Of a stretch of DNA of 64,000 bases, positions 1 through 14,827 are shown piece by piece. The notes below the pieces were generated by a model. That model searched no databases and was not told the origin of the DNA. It worked only from the letters and a program-made list of their open reading frames with translations. Every line of letters starts with the position of its first letter. Positions within the stretch are counted from its first letter, which is position 1. The position numbers and the translations under genes are program-made. The DNA is from Octopus vulgaris (lineage: Eukaryota). Location: contig OX597814.1 in NCBI GenBank assembly GCA_951406725.2, positions 101,432,001 to 101,496,000 on the forward strand, given 5' to 3'.

Positions 1-372
<372 letters not shown>

Positions 373-780
373 CTAAAAATGGAAATGTAGAAACTAACGA
401 GAAGAATATCATGAGAGTAGATTTGATAAGAAAATTGCTAAACCAGATTTGAATAGATGTGTGTGGGATGCGGAAAAGGAAACACGCACAGAAATAAATA
501 CCCTGCAGTAAATGCACATATGTGCAACATATACACGTTCAATATTGGGACGCTAAAATACAGTGACATCTTGAAGGTTTTAAAAACTGTAGTTCAAATT
601 ATTTTTCAAATGCTTGTGGGTTTGCGTGTGTGTGTGGGGGTTGTGGGGGATGAGCGTCCTGAAACTATGTTGCGTGTGCGCGAATGCCATAGGAAGTTAC
701 TTCTCCATATCTATCTTTCCCGCCATCTTAACCCCGCTGCATGTATGTGTATTTGCGTGTTGGCGTGTTGAATTTCTAAG

Positions 781-856
<76 letters not shown>

Positions 857-972
857 CGGACAGACGGATGGACAGACAGACAAACACACACGGACACACA
901 GACACGCAGATAGATAGAAACAGACAGACAGGCAGGCAGGTAGACAAACTGACAGACAGACAGACAGATAGG

Positions 973-1058
<86 letters not shown>

Positions 1059-1271
1059 TATGCCTACACACATATATTCACATACATATATACACACAAA
1101 CTTGTATATATGGACATACACATTTATTTATGCATGCATGTGTGCACGCATGTAATAATGTATGCGCGTATTTGGTAATTCATAAGCTTACATTTATACA
1201 TACACAAATATTTACATGTAGGCGTATCTGTAATGTCTCCTTGTACCACACTGCTTAATATGTGTTTGTGT

Positions 1272-1315
<44 letters not shown>

Positions 1316-1317
1316 GT

Positions 1318-1389
<72 letters not shown>

Positions 1390-1517
1390 ATACATACATA
1401 CATACACACATACATACATACATACATATACATATATATACACAGATACGTATACGTATACGGGTATAAGCTTATATTCGTTTTTTTTTTGCATAAACGA
1501 TTGTGTGTTGCGTGTGT

Positions 1518-1583
<66 letters not shown>

Positions 1584-1909
1584 TGTGAAAGTGTGTAAAT
1601 ATTTTGGTAAATATAAATATCATATGCCGATGAGAAAATTGAGTGAACACACGTTGGATAATGGTGTTTTCTGACGAATGTTGACTGAATGAATCATTTT
1701 TAGCATATACTTCCTTTACATTATTTATATCATTATTACTCTTAGACATATTTAGAACGTACAATTTAGATCTACATACGCGTACACATATGACTAATTT
1801 TACCTACACGTATACACACGTATACAAGCGTGTGTGCGTAGGTACATGCATATATACATACATATGTTGATAGAAAAACAAATAAATTGACGCGTGTGTT
1901 GTGTGTGTC

Positions 1910-1941
<32 letters not shown>

Positions 1942-1999
1942 TGTGTGTGTGTGAGTGTTTGTGTGTGTGTGTATGTGTGTATTTGTGTATTTGTGTGAA

Positions 2000-2190
2000 T
2001 GTGTTTGTCCCCACATCGTCGCTTGACAACCGATGCTCGTGTGTTTACTTCCCCGTAGCTTAGCTGTTCCGCAAAAAGAAACCGATAGAATAAGTACTAC
2101 GCTTACAAAGAATAAGCCTTGGTGTGGAATATTTCGACTAGAGGCAGTGTTCCAGCATGGCCGCAATCAAATGACTGAAGCAAATAAAGG
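2000..2190 (+). mobile_element. SINE family A, 3' half
   Basis: gtttgtcccc...gcttgacaaccgatgct...gaataagtact...ccagcatggccgca matches the other family A copies. Confidence 0.8.
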
Positions 2191-2210
2191 AATTAACGAA
2201 AAAAGGAATA

Positions 2211-2479
2211 CTCTTTTATTATTTTATTTGGTGTCGTCATTTGACTGCGGCCATGCTGTAGCACTGCCTTTAGTCGAACACTGCTTTTAGTCGAACAGCA
2301 ATTATTCTTTGTAAGCCTAGTACTTATTGTATCGGTCTCTTTTGCCGAGCCACTAACTTACGAGGACGTAAACACACAAACATCGGTTGTAAAGCGATGG
2401 TGGGGGGACAAACAGAGACTCACAAAAACATTCAGATACATACATACATACATACATACATACATACATACATACATAC

Positions 2480-2549
<70 letters not shown>

Positions 2550-2710
2550 ACTGGCTTCTTTCAGTTGCCGTCAACGAAATCTACTCGCAAGGCTCTGGTC
2601 GGCCGAAGGCTGTAGTAGAAGACACTTGCCCAATGTGCCACGCTGTGGGACGAACGCGGAACCATGTGGTTGAATAGCAAGCTACTTACCACAGAGCCAC
2701 TCCTGCGCCT
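2211..2710 (-). mobile_element. SINE family A (tRNA-headed, internal microsatellite), near full length
   Basis: Reverse complement of GGCGCAGGAGTGGCTCTGTGGTAAG head, B-box-like region, internal (TA)n(TG)n and GCATGGCCGCAGTCAAATGAC tail. Confidence 0.9.
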
Positions 2711-2889
2711 ATTTATACAATGAAACTCCTATATATCAACAGCTGGTACAAAGGCACATACAGGAGTGGTGATGTGAAACACCCAAACTGAGAAAGCCAG
2801 AAAGACCATGGTGGTGCTCCAGCATGACCACGACCGCATGGTGAATATAACTGTCTTATACGACTCATAACTGGACTGACTTGCCTAAA

Positions 2890-3279
2890 CAGAAGCTTGA
2901 AGGATAAGCAGGAGTCTTACCATCAAAAAGCAATTCAAGGGTACATATACCGCAAGCAACAGGATAACAAAAACATTGACAAGAAGAGCAGCTTCTACTG
3001 ACTTGTGATAGTTATATTGCATCCCACTTTGAAAGATATGCCTTCGCGATGCGGGAACAGGCGATTGCTACTAAATGCCTGATAAACAAGCGGTGTAAAG
3101 ATACCACCAAACCTCTTCGTTGTGAAAGGAAACGTCGGCTCTGCGATACAAATGTGGAACATATCAAACACACCAAGAGCAGCTGCCCCAAGGTGTCTAC
3201 GATATATTACCTGCCCTTGAGGTATGATATAGTTGCAAAGAATATTTTCAACGCTATCCGCAGGAAGGACTTGCCATGA
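2890..3279 (+). pseudogene. Non-LTR retrotransposon relic, RLE type (R4/Dong-like), region around the C-terminal zinc knuckle
   Basis: Translates to SHFERYAFAMREQAIATKCLINKR...RRLCDTNVEHIKHTKSSCPKVSTIYYLPLRYDIVAK, resembling EG-x-x-FA-x-Q-E/D-Q..CRxC...E-x-I-x-H-x-x-x-x-C...RHD-x-VA of R4/NeSL-type elements; contains a stop and frameshift. Confidence 0.7.
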
Positions 3280-4382
3280 CGTATGCATCAAAGACATTTC
3301 ATAACAAGCATGTACTCACACATCAAAAACAAAAATGCAAAAACAAAAAAAAAAACAGTAATTTGGCGCAAGCGTAAGAAACTTGGTAGTTCTGTGCTAT
3401 AGGGAAGAAAAGGCATGTACTGTTCTAGAGGTAAGCTGCCCAGTAGATGTTAATGTACAATCAAAAGTGAATATTTATGATGAATTAATGCAGATCTTAC
3501 AGCTCTTGTAGCCTGATTATAAGCTCTAATTTATACCTATCATCATAGGTGCATTATGTTTTGTACCAACAGATTTACCAAGCAAAAACTAGAAATACTA
3601 GGTTGCTGAAGAACTCTCAGAACATAAAACTCGAAGTGAAAACGTACATATATACATACGTATGTACGTGCGTACATACATACATACATACATACACACA
3701 CACACACGTGCATACATGCATGTATGCATACATACATACATATATACATAATTACATACATACATGGATACATACATACATACATACATACATACATACA
3801 TACATACATACATACATACATACATACATACATACATACATACATACTAGGTTAATAGTCAGATATGTAGATTAGATAAGACTTCAAAATATCCTATTGG
3901 TCAGTCAATCATGCGTGTAATCAAAGATAAAATCAGACGGAAACTAATACACGCCTTACTAATAGACCTAGAAGCTTTATCGTTAAATAAATAATTAACC
4001 GGAAGTGTATGTCAAAGTTTGTTATACAACCACATTACAGCACCACCTCTGACACGCACGCATAAACCCATACACACGAACATACACACATCCATGCAAA
4101 AACATACATTAAGAAATAATACATATTAAAAATTGACTCACAAATCACACCACATATGTTTTAGACGGGATAGAGTTTTTCTATTAAATGGAACGTAATC
4201 ATTCGTTTCAACAGCTATCATAACATTAAGTATGATAATAACAACAATATCGTAAATATCACCAACAAAACTTACATCACCCAGCATCAACATCCTCACC
4301 AACTACAGTAGTATTAACAACAAACATTAACAATAAATGACCACCAAACAGCTGCAGAAACATCAGTAGGAGTGTCAACAAG

Positions 4383-4438
<56 letters not shown>

Positions 4439-5212
4439 ATGTATATATATAATAAAGACAAACATAAATAGACAATGTTGGACAGCTGCAGAAACAACAG
4501 CTCCACCACCACTAACACTACCACCAACAACGATGGCAAAAACATTGTCAGAAGTACCAGCAGTAGTAGAAAAGACCTCATTAGAAATATACAACAGCAG
4601 CACTGTCATCATAAGCAACGACATCATATGTAGTGATAAAGGAGATAAAGATAGTACAAAGAAATAGTGACTATCTTTGCTACAACTTAAACAGCAATAT
4701 TAGCAACCATAACAATGTTGGTACCCATAGAATTTTAGCAATGATAGTTACGACACCCCTAACAACAGCAACAGCAACAAACACAAACAGTGACAAAATA
4801 ACAACACAACAACTATAACAAGAACTACAAAAACAACTACTACATCGACAACAACAACATGTCAGGTGTTAAGTTAAGGTTAAACAAAAACAGAAATAAT
4901 TTGGTATGTTAGAACATTCGGATAGGTTGCGACCTTGGGAGAAAGTCTTAATATCTCTTTGAAGCATGAAAGTACTGGAAGTGAATATACCCTTGAAGAT
5001 GTACAGTTGTTATATGCTGCTTCAAAACTTTCGCTCTGTTAATATATAAATGTCTATATATTTATACCGCGATATTCATCATCTGCAAATTTTCAGTTTT
5101 TGCTATCTATTTACTTGTATTCATGTATGGATATTTTGTATATCTAACAGAAGCAGTTTTATTTGTTTATTTACATTATTCTCTCTCGCTCCCCTCCTCT
5201 CTTTCTCTCTCT

Positions 5213-5245
<33 letters not shown>

Positions 5246-5269
5246 GCACCACTCGTATATGAGTTTGGT

Positions 5270-5860
5270 TCATCTGGTGCCTCCATGATGCTTAAACCTG
5301 ACATGGCTCAGAAGGCCAAGTCAGGAATCGAAGTCTCGGACATTAATCGCATTGCAGGGCGGAAGATGGTTTTGACAGGAGATACCTGGTCTTGCGTTAC
5401 CTTCTTTTCGCTTCTTCTTAAGTCTTTCTCCTCTCCTCAAAAGTGAAACAGCGGAAATGACGTGTTCTTCGCGAGGATAGACAGCCGGCGGCCTCTGTTT
5501 CCCAGATGATGCTAGCTTGAAGGAGGAAAGACTTCAGTAGATCTTTGAATCTGTTTCTTGGAGCTCAGGGTGTTGTTGGATATTGACGAGCTCGCAGTAG
5601 AGGATGGTCCGCGAGAGTCTTGAAGAGGTCATTTGGGCGACATTTTCTCAACACCTGCGGCGATGTTTGAGGGTAGTATCTTCAGTGTTTGGCATTTCTG
5701 AGCGATTGAGGACTACTTTGCTGGTGTGTCGGTCGTACCATTTAAGCTTGAGAATCTTCTAAAGGTTGACTTGTTAGAAATGCTCAAATGTATTCTTGTA
5801 TTTTCAATACAGGGTCCGTGTCTCGCAAGGCAGAGCAAAGTGGAGAAGACAATGTTCGTA
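5270..5860 (-). pseudogene. RTE-clade LINE relic, 3' end of RT ORF
   Basis: Minus-strand translation with breaks: IVFSTLL..ETRTLY..KILKLKWYDR..RLSRTILYCEL..RNRFKDLLK..FEERRK..GLLSHVR, the typical RTE/BovB C-terminus. Confidence 0.75.
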
Positions 5861-6350
5861 TTTGATTAGGTGCCACTGAAAAGTAGTTTGGTGTGATAAT
5901 GAGTTACGCAGAAGAACAAGTGACAATACTTGCAGAAAAGAAAGTAAAAGGATTCAGAATTTTCTAAAAGCTTCAATAAGTTATCTATATAATAATAGCA
6001 CTGTTTAGAATGGATCTTATTGAACTACAGATATGAATGCATATTGAAATTATTACATGATAGAAAACTTAGTTTGGGAATAACAGTGCTTGAAAAATGG
6101 CATTTGGGAATAGAATTTGTAATAAAGATCCTTTTTGGAAATGGTATTAAGGATGGAGTGCACTTTGGTTTAATTTATGTTTATTTTTTTTTTAGCCATC
6201 TTAAAAGCAGGTAATTGAGTTTTGGATGATGTCTTAATTTTTTTTTATTATATATACAATCAATCGAACAAAACACCTATACAAAGCTGTACATATTGTG
6301 AGAAGGGAAACATTTAAGTAATCAATGGTTAATAATTACGACTGGAAGTA

Positions 6351-6557
6351 GGGTGACGAGCTGGCGGAATCGTTAGCATGCCGGGTAAACTGCTTAGCGG
6401 CATTTCGTCCGTTCTCAGTTCGAATTCCACCGAGGTCAACTTTACCTTTTATCTCTTTGAGGTCGATAAAATAAATACCAACTGAGCTCTGACATCGATG
6501 TAATGGACTTACCCTTTCCCTCGAAATTGATGGCCTTGTGCAAAAATTTGAAACCAA
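6351..6557 (+). mobile_element. SINE family B (tail type 2)
   Basis: GACGAGCTGGCGGAATCGTTAGC head, GAGGTCAACTTT..GGTCGATAAAATAAATACCA core, ggccttgtgcaaaaatttgaaac tail. Confidence 0.85.
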
Positions 6558-6585
6558 TGATTATAACTGCAAATCTATTAAACCA

Positions 6586-6795
6586 TTTCTGCTATAAGAA
6601 CAAGGCCTAAAATTTGGTTGGAGGGAGCCAGTCGATTAGATCAACCCTAGTACATAACTGGTACTTAATTCATCGACCCCAAAAGTATGAAAGGTAAAGT
6701 CGACCTCGGCAGAATTTCAATTCAGAATGTAGCGAACGGCGAAATACCGCTAAGCATTTCACCGTCGTGCTGACGTTCCTGCCAGCTCGCCGCCC
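6586..6795 (-). mobile_element. SINE family B, inverted relative to the adjacent copy
   Basis: Reverse complement of the family B consensus ending gccagctcgccgcc. Confidence 0.85.
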
Positions 6796-8314
6796 CTTGC
6801 AAATCTATTGCCACATTCTTATAGCTATTCAGGCTACAGAAGACAGATCAAAGATTAAGTATATTAGTGCTGTGAATAACGATTTGTCAATATAGATATA
6901 TGTATATCAGCATGGCCGCAGCTCTGAGCTGAAACTAGAAAAAAAAAATGAGTTTACATCAAATAAGTAGATATGTAAGGACTGGAATTGCTTATGGTGA
7001 TTTAATTTAGACCTTTTTTTTTTCCTCTTGTTTCGCCTGAAATTTAGTTGTTGCTGACTTTTCTGGGGATTTTTTTCATCACTCACGGTTTAGATTAGAC
7101 ATATTTGGTTATAAATTTATAAATTTTTCTATACCTTTCTTATGAGAGAACCGGCGGATGACTCGATGAAGTTAATGCTGTTTAAATTATACACACCGTT
7201 AAATCTAGAAAGAAAGGTAAATCTATTTCAAAATGCATTTATTTATTTTTCAATTCCAACTTACGAAAGTAAAAAAAAAATCAGTAAATTTAATCTTTCA
7301 GTATCAGAAATTTGTTGCTGCCCCCAAAGTTCCACATTGAATAGGAAGATCCAACTCACTAACTAACTAATGAGAAATTTACGATGAGGTTAATTTATCC
7401 GAGTTTGGGAACCCTTGTACAAAGGAATGTAGATTTGATTGCTTGTAACCGAAAGAAAAACAACTACGACGAGAAATACAATAGATAAATACCGTTACAA
7501 AGAACTTATGACAGGAAATAAGCGACCATCGTTATTATAACTTAAACAAATAATTGTCACTTAACCTTCTTGTGTTCCTTTGCCTTACTTTGGCTTCTTG
7601 CTCTGTTTTTCCAGCACAATCTAACAATGTTGCCATGATGTTGTTTTACTAACGGCACCGGTCTCTGATTTTCTTCTTGTTTTCCTTTATTTTATCTAAT
7701 GTTATTGCTGTTAGTGCTTGTTGATGTTATTACTGTTGTTGAAATTTTGTTGATATTACTGCTATTAATGTTATTTTGCTGTTGTAACAACACCTCTTTC
7801 TTCCTGCATGTGCTTTGCCCATTGCAAGTTTTCAGCTCAACATTGCATGTCAAGGCAACACTTGTCAATCATACAATATCTGAGTTTTACAAATTAATTA
7901 TACAACAAACTACACTTTGTCTATGTCACCTATTTTATCCAAAAACACCGGCACATATGACTAAAGTTTTGGCTCTTTCATACATTTCTACTGATATGTG
8001 ATTCCATAGAGAGACGCAACAAAGTTATTGTTCTTGTTTTACCGGAAGACAGTACTCAGCAACAAAACCTATTATTAAATACTTACAACCCTTCACCATC
8101 TCACGTGTTTCCTCAGACTTAATGTATCTAGGATCATAATATCCAATGTGCCCTTAGACAAGATAGTAGGGACTATATTCAGAGACATATTGCTGCTATT
8201 TCGTCAGTATATATAAGTACATGTGTATGTATGTATAAGTATACACACACACACACATACACATAGAGATGTATGTGTATGTGTATATATATATATATAT
8301 ATGCACGTGTGTGA

Positions 8315-8645
8315 AGGTGCATGGCTCAGTAGTTAGAGTGTCGAGCTTAAGCTCGTAAGGTTGAAAGTTCGATTCCCGGACCAGGCTGTGTGTTGCGTTC
8401 TTGAGCAAGACACTTTATTTCACGTTGCTCCAGTAAACTCAGCTGTAGAAATGAGATGCGACATCAATGGTGCTAAGCTGTATCGGCCTTTTCTCTTTCC
8501 TTGGATAACATTGCTGGTGTGGAGAGGGGAGGCTGGTATGCATGGGCGACTGCTAGTCTTCCACAAAACAATCTTGCCCGGACTTGTGCCTCGGAGGGTA
8601 ACTTTCTAGGTGCTATCCCTTTGTCATTCATGACCGGAGGGGTCT
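8315..8645 (+). mobile_element. SINE family C variant (tRNA-derived)
   Basis: GGTGCATGGCTCAGTAGTTAG A-box and GTTCGATTCC B-box; 3' part shared with 56140-56320. Confidence 0.8.
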
Positions 8646-8690
8646 CCTCCATAGTATGTATGTGTGTATACATATATACATATGTGTATG

Positions 8691-8724
<34 letters not shown>

Positions 8725-9980
8725 CGTGTATGCGTGTGTATGTATGCATGTATTTATGTATCTAGGTATTCATGTATGCATATGAAGATATATTCATATA
8801 TACACACAAATATATATATATACATATTATATTAAATTAGAGACAAAACCACTATTATGCAAATCAAACAAAGAAAGACTTAAGCCAATACATAAAATAA
8901 TTAATATAAATTAATATGTATATATATATATACCTGTTTAACTTATCAAAGGCAACTGTGAAGGTTTTAGCCATTACTCGCCCATGGAATATCTACCTTA
9001 ATAGCACCACCTGAAGTACCCTTTTAAGGTATGCTTTAGGACATAATTATCTACTCGAGTAGGGAATTTACCAAGACGTAGCCAGATGCCGATAGTTTGT
9101 CTGGTATTTCTTGGCGGAAATTGCCCAGTTACAGTATTTCGTTGATTCTGACCAGACCATATACTTGATGATTGTTGCTATGGTGATTGTACATAATCAC
9201 TGATGTTACTAAAATTATTGATACTACCTTTTGTTCTGAGTGGTTGTTCTTCATATTGGTGAGTCATATTACTGCACTGCTACTGTTGTAATACATTGAC
9301 ACCAAGTTTTAGAATCGATAGAGTTATAACCTAACATTATGTATATTTTATACTAGTTTAATTTTGTCGAAACACATATTTCAGTTCAGCTTTCATCCAG
9401 ATAAGTTAGTCAATACATGTTTGAGTCAAATCGGTGCAGGTACGGTTGTGTAACTAAGTTGCTTACTCCACCCATAAGTGCATCGGTATGCGATCCCCAA
9501 CGGCTCGGCACTTTGGAAATAACTTGTATACCATGGACTTGAATTAAACATTGATTAATATTTTGTAAGTTGGATTTGGATGATGGAAACTATGTGGAAG
9601 CCCATATGCGTGTGTTTATATATATGTGTATATAAATATATATTTAAGTCTCTGCGTGTATATACAAAGATAGATAGACAGACAAATACATAGCCTGATA
9701 GGTAGGTAGGTAGGTTTGTAGGTAGGGATGTAGATAGGTAGGTAGATAGGTAGGTAGGTAAGTAAGTAGGTAGGTAGGTAGGTAGGTAGGTAGGTAGGTA
9801 AGTAGGTAGGTAGGTAGGGAGGTAGGTAGGTAGGTAGGTAGGTAGGTAGGTAGGTAGGTAGGTAGGTAGGTTGGTAGGTAGGTAGATAGACTTATATGTT
9901 TTTGACATTACTTTAAACTACATATGGTAGTGAAGCTCTGGTTCAGAAGTTCCAGATGTGTATCTATATATGCAGACATC

Positions 9981-10160
9981 TGACTGCGGCCATGCTGAAG
10001 CGCCGCCTTTAGTAAAAAAAATTCAACCTCAGGACTTATTCTTTGCAAATCTATTACTTATTCTATCGGTCTCTTTTGCCGAAACGCTAACTTACGTGGA
10101 CGAAAACACACCAACAGCGGTTGTCAAGTGATGGTGGGGGGACAAACACAGACATACAAA
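9981..10160 (-). mobile_element. SINE family A, 3' half
   Basis: tgactgcggccatgctg...ctatcggtctcttttgccgaa...gacaaacacagac. Confidence 0.8.
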
Positions 10161-10211
10161 CAGACACACATATAAATGTATATGTACATATTTTTATATA
10201 TAACTATATAT

Positions 10212-10260
<49 letters not shown>

Positions 10261-10345
10261 ATTGTATACATATTGTGTATATACATACACACACTCACAA
10301 ACACACACACAGATATATATATATATTTGTATACACACACACACA

Positions 10346-10386
<41 letters not shown>

Positions 10387-10657
10387 CTATATACACATAT
10401 CTATATAGATAGGTTGATTACATATATATGTAATTGTATATAAAGTTATTATGTATGTATATGTATATAGGTTTGTGTGAGTGTGTGTTTGTATGTGTGC
10501 GTGCGTGCGTGTGTGTGTATGCGTGCGTGTGTATGTGTGCCTACGGCCAAATAATTTCGAGACTGTTGAAATGAACCGTTTATAACGATAGAACTAGAAT
10601 TAGATAAAGATAGAAATAATAACATGCGAATATTGTATTAAAAACCATTGAGTGGAA

Positions 10658-11320
10658 AAGTTGAATACTTTCAACTTATTCCATCCCAGAGTACTTTTAT
10701 CCTATGCTATTGTTTGCACCTTTATCTATAAAAGCATTAAAATGATTTAACTGAACGTAGTGTTGACTTTCTTCGGATAAATGATCAGAGGATCTCTAAG
10801 TAGATGTTGAAAGCGCTACCTCCACCACCACCAGATGAATTCAACATTGCGATTTTAAGGTTATGTAAAGTCTTCCTTGAAGGTATATGAAATGTGGGAA
10901 GTCAATAGCGAAAACAATGCTTGTCGTCGCCGCCAATGAAGGAAACAAATAAAGAAAGGAGTTGGTATTTACGAAAACATGCATTTTTCGTGTAGAATTT
11001 GGGTGACCTGTCCAAAAGCGCACCACCGGGGTGGTTAACACCTGCGTTCACAATATCTGCGAACACGTATGGGCATCAAGAGATGAGTTCATTAGTCACC
11101 AGCAGTCACAACATAGTCACCAGCGGAGTCTACTTAGAGATCCTCCGGTCATTCATCCCCATAAGGGAAACAGTGTTTGGGCTCTATCGCCTCGACGCTC
11201 AGGAGGTCGGCTCTTCTTTCATACAGTTAAATAATTTTAACGTTTTGATAGAAAAAAGCTCCTAACAAAAGCATAGGTTAAAATTACTCTGGGGTGGAAT
11301 AAGTTGCACATATTCAACTG
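10658..11320. mobile_element. MITE or non-autonomous DNA transposon with long imperfect TIRs
   Basis: agttgaatactttcaacttattccatcccagagta... (10659) is inversely repeated as ...tactctggggtggaataagttgcacatattcaactg|ta (to 11320); inner IR gaggatctctaagtaga / tctacttagagatcctc; CAGTTGAA-type end with TA. Confidence 0.75.
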
Positions 11321-11400
11321 TAAAATATAAATTTTGTCGCGGTACATAATGTTCCTAACGGCCAGTGATGGCCTTCAACGGTCACGAGTGATCAACCATC

Positions 11401-11433
<33 letters not shown>

Positions 11434-11580
11434 TGTATGTATGTATGTATGTATGTATGTATGTATGTATGCATGTATGTGTATATGTATGTATGCATGT
11501 ATGTATATGTGTCTAGGGGTGGGGTGTACAACACACGAATTTACAGAGTCCATTAAGATATTTAAACACACTACAAGATA

Positions 11581-12952
11581 AACGTGTAAAAATATTTTAA
11601 CACTAATTATTTTCACGTATCAGGGAATTAATGCAAGTTACCTTTAATTTTCTTTTCTTTTGATTAGCCTCTTTGGGTTGGCTTTTTAAAAAAAAATTGA
11701 ATTCAAGTATAAATTTTTTTACAAGAATATGTGCCGTAACTTTTACTGTTGGTAAGGTGTGATACTGAAAAAGTTACGTTTCACTTGACTATGATTATTT
11801 TACGATGAAAAGAATTTGAAAATTTCGTATGTCTTCTTGATTCTATTTTGAGCAAACTGTGACAAAATGGTAGAGGTACGGTTCTCCTTTATAGAATGTA
11901 AGACCATTTCCAAATGGTATTTCAAATTTCAGATTGATGTTGAAACTCAATGACGATGGAGTTTGGGACATAGCCTCCAACACGCCTGTCAATTTCATGA
12001 ATGTCTGCTAAGTTGAAAATATTTGGTACCGTGTGTGATGTGCGGAAGGGAAAATCCGGCAGACTTCATACTGTAACAAGTGTTTTTTCCTTGGCTATAG
12101 TGTTAGAACATTTCACATGCCCGCCACAGAAGTCTACTGCGCGCAAGACAGGAAGAAGTAGTACAAGTATAGAGAATATTCTTAAAAGTGCTGTGGAAAG
12201 TTTGCATCCCAAGATTCTTACATGCAATTAGCGATAAAGATCATGATCGAAGAATCGAGTTTTGTGAGTGGTTTCAACACATGGTAGGCAGGGATGAAGA
12301 GTTAGTGAGGATGAGTGTGTGGTCTGATGAAGCACAATTTAAGCTAAATGAAATAGTGAACCGACACAATTATTTCTACTTGGCACCAGAAAATCTTTGC
12401 TCTTGCCGGGTGTCAATGACTGATATAGAATGTCATCAAGAGGTTTAATAAAACCATTTTTCCTTGACTGTTGTTATTTGTCAAGCCTGGACATGCTACG
12501 AACGTACATTTTACCTTCCACACATGCAATTTATGGTATTAATAAATTTTTCTTTCTGCATGACAGCGCACTGAAACACTACAGCCGAGACGTGCGAGCT
12601 TACCTGGATGAGAATTTGCAGTGAAACTGGATAGGACGAAGAGGTGCAGTTGAAATTCCTGCACGAAATCCTGATTTAACACCTGCAAACTTTTACTTAT
12701 AGGGTACCCAAAAGAACGCAGTGTATCGTAGAAAACCGGCTGTACCAACAGCACTTGAGTAAGACATTGAAACGGCATATGCAGCAACACTTCAGCCAAC
12801 GTTGCCAATGCAGCAGTTCACCATGCTAATAAGTGTCTGGAAGCTTATGACCAACACCTTGAGCAACTTATGTAACTGGAGAGGTTAACAGTAACATGTA
12901 TTAATTCCGTGATACCTGAATGAATTTAGTATTAAAGTATTTCTACACGTTT
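11581..12952 (+). mobile_element. Decayed Tc1/mariner-superfamily element (DUF4817/Tc3-like transposase) with inverted repeats
   Basis: DHDRRIEFCEWF..VWSDEAQFKLNEIVNRHN, FLHDSA..H and EIPARNPDLTPANFYL*G (WPPRSPDLTP-x-DF-x-LWG motif); about 60-bp IRs at 11581-11641 and 12891-12952. Confidence 0.85.
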
Positions 12953-12972
12953 TTTTTCTCAAAGTTTGCATA

Positions 12973-13356
12973 CTCTCTTTTACTCTTTTACTCGTTTACT
13001 TGTTGCGGCCATGCTGGAGCACCGCCTTTAGTCGAGCAAATCGACCCTAGGACTTATTCTTTGGAAGACTAGTACTTATTCTATTGGTCTCTTTTGCCGA
13101 ACCGCTAAGTGACGGGGACGTAAACACACCACCATCGATTGTCCAGCGATGCTGGGGACAAACATATATACACATACATATATATACATATATACGACGG
13201 GCTTCTTTCAGTTTCCATCTACCAAATCCACTCACAAGGCTTTGGTCGGCTCGAGGCTATAATAGAAGACATTAGCTCAAGGTACCACGCAGAGGGAATG
13301 AACCCGGAACCATGTGGTTGGTAAGCAAGTTACTTACCACACAGCCCACTCCTACG
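12973..13356 (-). mobile_element. SINE family A, full length
   Basis: Reverse complement of the full consensus including (GAGTAAAA)n tail. Confidence 0.9.
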
Positions 13357-13676
13357 TTTTTGTTTTTTTTTTTTGTGGAGAATAATATACATCTATACAC
13401 ACACGCGCAAACATGCACACACTTAATGATGTAAATTTGATGCGAATGCTAGAGTCTCGAAAACGAAACTGGGTCAGAATTCCGTCTGCCATTTTCTTCT
13501 ATTACTTTAGTCTCCTCGCATTGAGCTTATTTAATACACTGTCTGAACCACTTAACCGCTATTATTGGGTTAATGAAAAAGTAATTAAATAATGGAAAAC
13601 TAACTTTCAGTTTGCCACCAACACTATGTCGGTCGCGTAATTTTTATCTTATAACTTGTTTCTGTTCTTGTGAAAG

Positions 13677-13900
13677 CACGTGGCTAACTGGTTAGGGTGT
13701 TGCACTAACGATCGCAAGATTGTGGTTAGGTTCAAGGCTGGGTGGTGCCAAGTGCTCTTGAACAAAACAGTTCACTTCCCGTTGCTCCAGTCGACTGGAA
13801 TGTGAATGGCAAGTCTTGCGACAGACTGGCGTCCCGTTCAAGAACGGTGTTATGATCTTGATCACATATACGCCAAAGAAACGAGCAGCCGACCTTATTT
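13677..13900 (+). mobile_element. tRNA-derived SINE (family C-like, diverged)
   Basis: gcacgtggctaactggttagggtgttgcac..cgcaagattgtggtt head; cttgaacaa...cttcccgttgctccagt as in 8315-8645. Confidence 0.6.
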
Positions 13901-13936
13901 GTCCAAGGAATTAAGATAGTACGGTCCAGGGCTTCT

Positions 13937-13992
<56 letters not shown>

Positions 13993-14219
13993 GTGGTGGT
14001 GATGATGATGATGATGATGACGACGACGACGACGACGACGATGACGACAATGACGACGATGACGACGATGGTGACGATGGTGACGACGATGACGACGATG
14101 ACGATGGTGACGATGATGACGATGATGACGATGATGATGATGATGATGACGATGTTGACGACGATGATGACGATGACGACGATGACGACGACGATGATGA
14201 TGACGATGGTGACGACGAC

Positions 14220-14250
<31 letters not shown>
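13937..14250. repeat. (GAT)n/(GAC)n triplet microsatellite
   Basis: Direct reading; produces spurious poly-His/Arg and poly-Met ORFs. Confidence 0.95.
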
Positions 14251-14827
14251 GTCTTTTGTTGTGGATGCTTCTTTATAAAGGCCTATATTCAAACATGTTC
14301 TACCGCTATGAAAGTAATACAACTGCACTGGTAATTATCCCAACGCTGCTTTCTTGATGAACAACACATAACTAAGTGCAGGCTACTACAATTAAGACTG
14401 ATATCTGGAAAATAAATTTGAATAATTTTCATCAAATATTTCGGATGGCTCACGTTATTAAGTATAAGTATAGTATGTACATTAAGTATAAGTATAGTAT
14501 GTACATCGGTTCACGTCTTTTATTTTACCGTTTAATAGAAACCAGTTAATTGATAGTCTAAAGACTGTGATATTGGAACTAACAATGGAGTCACTACATG
14601 TCGCCTTATTTGCTACAAATACCAACCAAAATCCTCCCAAATCACACTCTACCGTCACGAAAAGGATAGCTCGGATGATGTGGTCCTAGGTAACTTTCAC
14701 GTGAAAAAGAAAGGAAACGATGGTCACGGATGGTAGTTTTATTTGCGAATAGGTCTGCTAGTCTGGGGTTGTACAACAACAACAATTATATTTATTCGAA
14801 AGAAGAAACTCGTTGTTTTCATTATCT

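Noticed and set aside
13732-14334. 198-aa His/Arg-rich ORF and 132-aa Met/Thr-rich ORF
   Set aside because: Translations of a (GAT)n/(GAC)n microsatellite plus SINE sequence; no coding evidence
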